Made by a program: the position numbers and the translations under genes. A DNA stretch of 64,000 nt from a candidate division WWE3 bacterium UBA1401 (GTDB lineage: Bacteria; Patescibacteriota; WWE3; UBA101185; UBA10185): assembly GCA_002305115.1 (NCBI GenBank), contig DBQF01000003.1:129338-193337 (forward strand). The letters run 5' to 3'. The notes beneath the pieces were generated by a model that was given only the letters and a program-made list of their open reading frames with translations, was not told the origin of the DNA and ran no database searches. Below, piece by piece: positions 61,301 through 64,000 of the stretch. Positions within the stretch are counted from its first letter, which is position 1. The number at the start of each line of letters is the position of its first letter.

Positions 61301-63380
61301 GCTCGAAAGTTAACAAAATGTCTCTATCAGGAATAGTAGAAAAGATATCAAGTTTGATCGTATCTGTGGGCTCATAGGTTTGCTTATCCGGAGCAAGAGT
61401 TATGTCTACAGCGGTAGTGTCAGCCGAATAGAACGGCTGATCTTTTGAGGAAACATAAGTATAAAAGGTTTTTACAATTTTATTACCCTGCTTGTCTTGT
61501 GCCTCTACAGTAATATCGTAAGAACCGGGCTGCGTAGGTGTAAAGGCTAGTGTAGTATTTCCCTGGGCATCGGTAGTTGCGGTTAACTGACTTAGTGATT
61601 CCTCTTCTCTTTTATAGGAAGAGTATTTGGCACCTTCCTTCCAATAGCTAGACCAGTAATAGCGCTTTACGCTTGCAGTAAGTGGTACATTCGCAATATT
61701 TGTATTGGCTCTATAAGGAAGTAACGTAATGGGCAGTTCAAATTTAGAGTCTACTGTACCCCTGTAATTTCCTTCTCTACGATAAATGCCAAATTCGCCC
61801 GGAAATACTAGTATGTTCTTTGAATCATATGAGCTACCGGACGAGTTAGCCGAAATGGTATAAATTTGGGGCTTACCTGGGGTTGCGCTAACCGTAGTAG
61901 GCATAGATATGGTTGCTTTTCCATACTGGTCAAGAGTGGCGGAACCCTCTGTAACACTAGTGTTGCCATACCAAAACCAGAACCTATAACTATAAGGGTT
62001 ACCAAAGCTATGCCTTTGAGCATCAGACAAGTAGGTGTAATCGTGAAAGTTAACTGCTCTAACCCTATATTCTACTAATTGATTAGCAAGAGGCTGGCCG
62101 GAAAAGTAATTGCCTGTGATAGTAAACGAACTATGATCACCGGATACCAGGTCTGTGGAAGGAACAGAAACATCTATAGTGAATTCAGGTTTACGGAAGT
62201 ATTCAACATCAAAGCTAGTGGTGTCCTCGCGCGCCCAAGGGTCATCTGAATCAGCATTAGGCATAGATACAACTAAAGTGTAATAACCAATCTTTGCTTT
62301 GTCGGAAAGCTGATAGTAGCCATCTATGGTGCCTGCAGAAGAAATAGAGTAATTTTTCTCAAAAACAGGCTTGGCATCACCATAGCGATAGCCATCGTAA
62401 ATGCTTACCGTTACTTCCCCACTGGGAATTGTGTAACGAGCATCATCATCATCTCGTAAAATGGTTTTGAAATAAACGGTATCTCCAGGCTTATACAAGG
62501 GTCTATCGGTAAAAACAAAATACTTAGTAGCAACACTCTTGCGGTTAAAGCTGGTGTAGAATCTATAAGAGCTTAAGTGTGTGAGATTTATTGGAAGTAG
62601 TGCCACGTCATCGTCACGGTATACAAGTGCAACATCGGCCTGAGCGGAAAGCCGCGCTTTAGCAATACCCTCCGAATTAAACTCAAGGGTTTCCAGAATC
62701 TTTTTGCCGTTTTCCAGGTTATATATGTGAATAGTCCCATCTGAGACACTCCTTTTAGTAGTAAAATCCTGACCCCAGAAGATAAATTTATTATCCCCTT
62801 CTTTTACAATTACCCCCGTACCCGATCTAACAATAAAAGCATGGGCAGTAGTTTCACCAACAGAAAGTTTTAAATACCAAATACCGGTGCCTTCCAAAGG
62901 AAGTGGAACGCGGTCTTCGTAAGAAGATGCTAAATTGAGGGTATGCGTAACAGTAGTAACGTGGTGCAAAGTAGTAGTATCTATAGATTTGTTTAATTGA
63001 TTCCCTGCTTCCCCATACACTAGATAATCTAGTAAAACCGTAGCTGAAGCCTCGTATATGTCAATGGTAAGCTCCCCCAATATCTTATAACCACCTATAT
63101 CTATGGCAGACTCGTCGGTAGAAGCCAGCCCTATTATGGCACCGTTACTGATTTTTGCATCTCCATAAAAATAAATCTGCGGATTTACACGTGCCCCCAT
63201 CACGTCTTGGGAAACTTCTTGAGGAGTAACAGTCTGAGGGGATGTAACTGGTGAAGGATTACGTAACTTGCCTAAATGGATACCATAACTGCCAGACAAA
63301 CCGAAAATTAAGAAAATTAGAGTCAGTTTTAATAACAAATCGGAGGTTGGCTTCTGGTTTTGAGGGATTAGAGTGTCCAT
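58254..63380 (-). CDS. Alpha-2-macroglobulin-like thioester protein (1708 aa) with an inserted Hint domain
   Basis: N-terminal TM/signal-anchor. MG-type repeats (FVFTDRPLYKPGDTVYFKTILR). Post-bait segment RSVFKDTAYWNP..FPDNLTTW. Thioester YPYGCIEQTTS (CIEQ at 59799..59810). C-terminal hydrophobic segment plus basic tail (sorting-signal-like). Confidence 0.88.
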   Translation of the reverse strand: MDTLIPQNQKPTSDLLLKLTLIFLIFGLSGSYGIHLGKLRNPSPVTSPQTVTPQEVSQDVMGARVNPQIYFYGDAKISNGAIIGLASTDESAIDIGGYKILGELTIDIYEASATVLLDYLVYGEAGNQLNKSIDTTTLHHVTTVTHTLNLASSYEDRVPLPLEGTGIWYLKLSVGETTAHAFIVRSGTGVIVKEGDNKFIFWGQDFTTKRSVSDGTIHIYNLENGKKILETLEFNSEGIAKARLSAQADVALVYRDDDVALLPINLTHLSSYRFYTSFNRKSVATKYFVFTDRPLYKPGDTVYFKTILRDDDDARYTIPSGEVTVSIYDGYRYGDAKPVFEKNYSISSAGTIDGYYQLSDKAKIGYYTLVVSMPNADSDDPWAREDTTSFDVEYFRKPEFTIDVSVPSTDLVSGDHSSFTITGNYFSGQPLANQLVEYRVRAVNFHDYTYLSDAQRHSFGNPYSYRFWFWYGNTSVTEGSATLDQYGKATISMPTTVSATPGKPQIYTISANSSGSSYDSKNILVFPGEFGIYRREGNYRGTVDSKFELPITLLPYRANTNIANVPLTASVKRYYWSSYWKEGAKYSSYKREEESLSQLTATTDAQGNTTLAFTPTQPGSYDITVEAQDKQGNKIVKTFYTYVSSKDQPFYSADTTAVDITLAPDKQTYEPTDTIKLDIFSTIPDRDILLTFERGRVQRFQVVKLSGASDTVSLPLTSTDIPNVYIRASSFSDYALDTEQLNLSVGADTKKIKVAITPDSASYGPGETTQINIATTDLAGNPVAADVTLWAVDQAIFELSDSKLGDIFEAFWKSRYNTTTSSHSLSGISIGSAAEGGGGCFAKGTQVLMANGSLRAIDTVKVGDYVLTRSEHDSTLKKARVTATHSAEETGYLIINGNLKVTADHIIWLNGQWQTAGSSQLGDVLVDSANNQVPITSLEWQRGKFTVYNLTVEDYHAYFAGGAWVHNQKGGSRSVFKDTAYWNPLVKTDKNGKAKVSFKFPDNLTTWVVAAVAVTPSTQVGQTTETIVVTKDLIIRPILPNILRVGDNLLLTALVQNFTPKEQPLDVKLTFDAGEVAQEVISDLVLSTNQTHQLEWQVTPTQANEAAQVTFDATSSKDEDLADIVTHTLPVIPFGFEEQSSQFTEGTTTYRVKLHPDSDQARSSVTLSLASTLVGTLPSAMEYLIDYPYGCIEQTTSRFVPAVIAKQNPALFSKVLAEKDVDAMIEKGIARLTALQSGNGSWNWGYSGNSNAFITAYVLEYVLQARQAGIEVDDELLWKAGNYLENHLATTGEPKEFPREELIVKNYALMLLGARDKVVAVPDLAGLTPDILSLAVMTNYMNGDHNSVTNGLSLLIGMAKDQGDSVYWENGPKTNFGSKDASTALAVRAILMAEGDREVAAKAVRYLMRNRVARYWSNSYATAQVVRAIVEFAKTGNELTPDYAYSVALDGKNIAQGNVTSSSPDPITVDVPVADILAEGSSLTITKEGDGQLYSTYMQTDFRTDRGAQPVTNGLYITREYINEKGNHYTLGVGDTVLVTLKVGGLANTEVYGVIEDELPAGLVPVNETFLNEVDNRSSPSYSYYGRYDREYTQNGAILTLYRIDPGEQTYVYKARVVSEGTFTVPPAAVSLMYSPEINGRSAVQTVQTDKVSAVVPGKLPTGFARYHQTGRLGIAQLGSSVLVGILVWLAIFYVKNRRLPFKRNEDH
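60480..60863 (-). other. Hint / bacterial intein-like (BIL) domain, 128 aa, embedded in the A2M-like ORF
   Basis: Block A CFAKGTQVLMANGSLRAIDTVKVGDYVL, block B KVTADH, blocks F/G VYNLTVEDYHAYFAGGAWVHN. The +1 residue is Gln. Gly-rich linkers on both sides. Confidence 0.85.
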
Positions 63381-63455
63381 CAGCTTTTACAAACTTTGTG
63401 AGTTTAGTATATATCTTTTAGAAGGGGGTAACAATGGATAGACTAATTATAAGAA

Positions 63456-63866
63456 CTAAGGCACCAACCTCTTTATACCGTCAAACCCATCTAGGTGTGA
63501 ATCGTAAGAATAGATGGTCTCTATACCATACTTGCGGGCATAAGCAACAGTCAGACAGTCTTCAAAGTCGATATTCATTTCTGAATAGGTATTAAGTGCA
63601 GCTACAAAAGTGGCCTTACTGTCACATTTTACGTTCGCCAAGCTCACAATTGGTAACAAGATATTCTTAACTTCAGAGGGGGTCTTATTATAAAGCTTAT
63701 TGGAGGAAAGCACATACACTAACTCACAAAGCACGTGTTCGGCAACCCTGAGTACTATTTCCTCTTGTTCAACTTTTTTCAGAAGTTTTCTCACTTGCCT
63801 AGACTTCTGGGCATCATCATTGACCAGATACCTTATGAAAATATTTGTATCTGCAAAATACTCCAT
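63456..63866 (-). CDS. vapC: PIN-domain toxin (VapC-like)
   Basis: ORF 63456..63923. Likely start MEYFADTNIFIRYL at 63866, 1 nt after the stop of the upstream small ORF. Confidence 0.75.
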   Translation of the reverse strand: MEYFADTNIFIRYLVNDDAQKSRQVRKLLKKVEQEEIVLRVAEHVLCELVYVLSSNKLYNKTPSEVKNILLPIVSLANVKCDSKATFVAALNTYSEMNIDFEDCLTVAYARKYGIETIYSYDSHLDGFDGIKRLVP

Positions 63867-63867
63867 A

Positions 63868-64000
63868 TTAATCCAGGTGCTTTTGCATCCTTTCTTCCCG
63901 GGCAATTCTGCGCATCTCATCATCTGATATACCTAACGGCTCAAGAATTCCGTACACATCATCTAGAGTGTATTCTGGGGCTCTTAGGATTACTTTGTCA
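63868..64000 (-). CDS. Putative antitoxin, C-terminal 44 aa (5' end outside window)
   Basis: Open frame ..DKVILRAPEYTLDDVYGILEPLGISDDEMRRIAREERMQKHLD ending at TAA 63868-63870. Its position immediately upstream of the PIN gene supports the call. Confidence 0.5.
   Translation of the reverse strand, partial: DKVILRAPEYTLDDVYGILEPLGISDDEMRRIAREERMQKHLD

Overview
All calls come from reading the sequence and the supplied ORF translations; no BLAST, HMM or folding tools were run, so functions rest on recognised motifs and gene context. The window is a gene-dense chromosomal segment of a small-genome, roughly 40% GC bacterium that uses the standard code (TGA terminates rsmD and other ORFs). The content suggests a Patescibacteria/CPR-like or similar monoderm lineage: short housekeeping proteins, an LCP-like envelope protein, an ACP-like gene with no FAS genes in view, and a very large type IV pilus locus. 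This lineage call is an inference.

Main blocks:
- 1-5057 (+): recG, rsmD (-), rpmF, nusB, ACP-like, rnc, rpsP, KH protein, trmD.
- 5107-23420 (-): an uninterrupted ~18.3 kb type IV pilus supercluster. It holds pilB-pilT-pilC, pilD, pilM-pilN-pilO-like, 10 prepilin-type genes, 2 PilX-like paralogs and 2 large adhesin-like paralogs.
- 23829-32910 (+): holB-like, a RAYT/IS200-like Y1 transposase, gyrB-ppaC-like-gyrA, an ambiguous 1.5 kb repeat-bounded insert, rnhB.
- 32879-46656: xerC/D, YebC-like, a VirD4/TraG-like ATPase, an LCP-like protein, rluA family, two CheY-like receivers, lspA, an Lgt-like::DksA/TraR zinc-finger fusion, efp, tRNA-Leu(CAA), dnaB.
- 47144-56740: EamA transporter, rpmE, prfA, htrA, ctpA, two unknown coupled ORFs, rpsR-ssb-rpsF, ychF.
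- 56797-64000: two PIN toxin-antitoxin modules bracket a MEMO-like gene and a 1708-aa alpha-2-macroglobulin-like thioester protein.

Most notable observations:
1. A 128-aa Hint/bacterial-intein-like domain sits exactly at the bait-region position of the A2M-like protein.
2. A dispersed, strictly intergenic palindrome family (GGTC-N-GACC core, at least 17 copies) occurs together with a RAYT-like gene flanked by two copies.
3. Several further small repeat families are present: a GGAC-C-GTCC variant, a 23-bp palindrome present twice, and GTYAGNN heptad arrays.
4. A membrane Lgt-like protein is fused to a perfect DksA/TraR C4 zinc finger.
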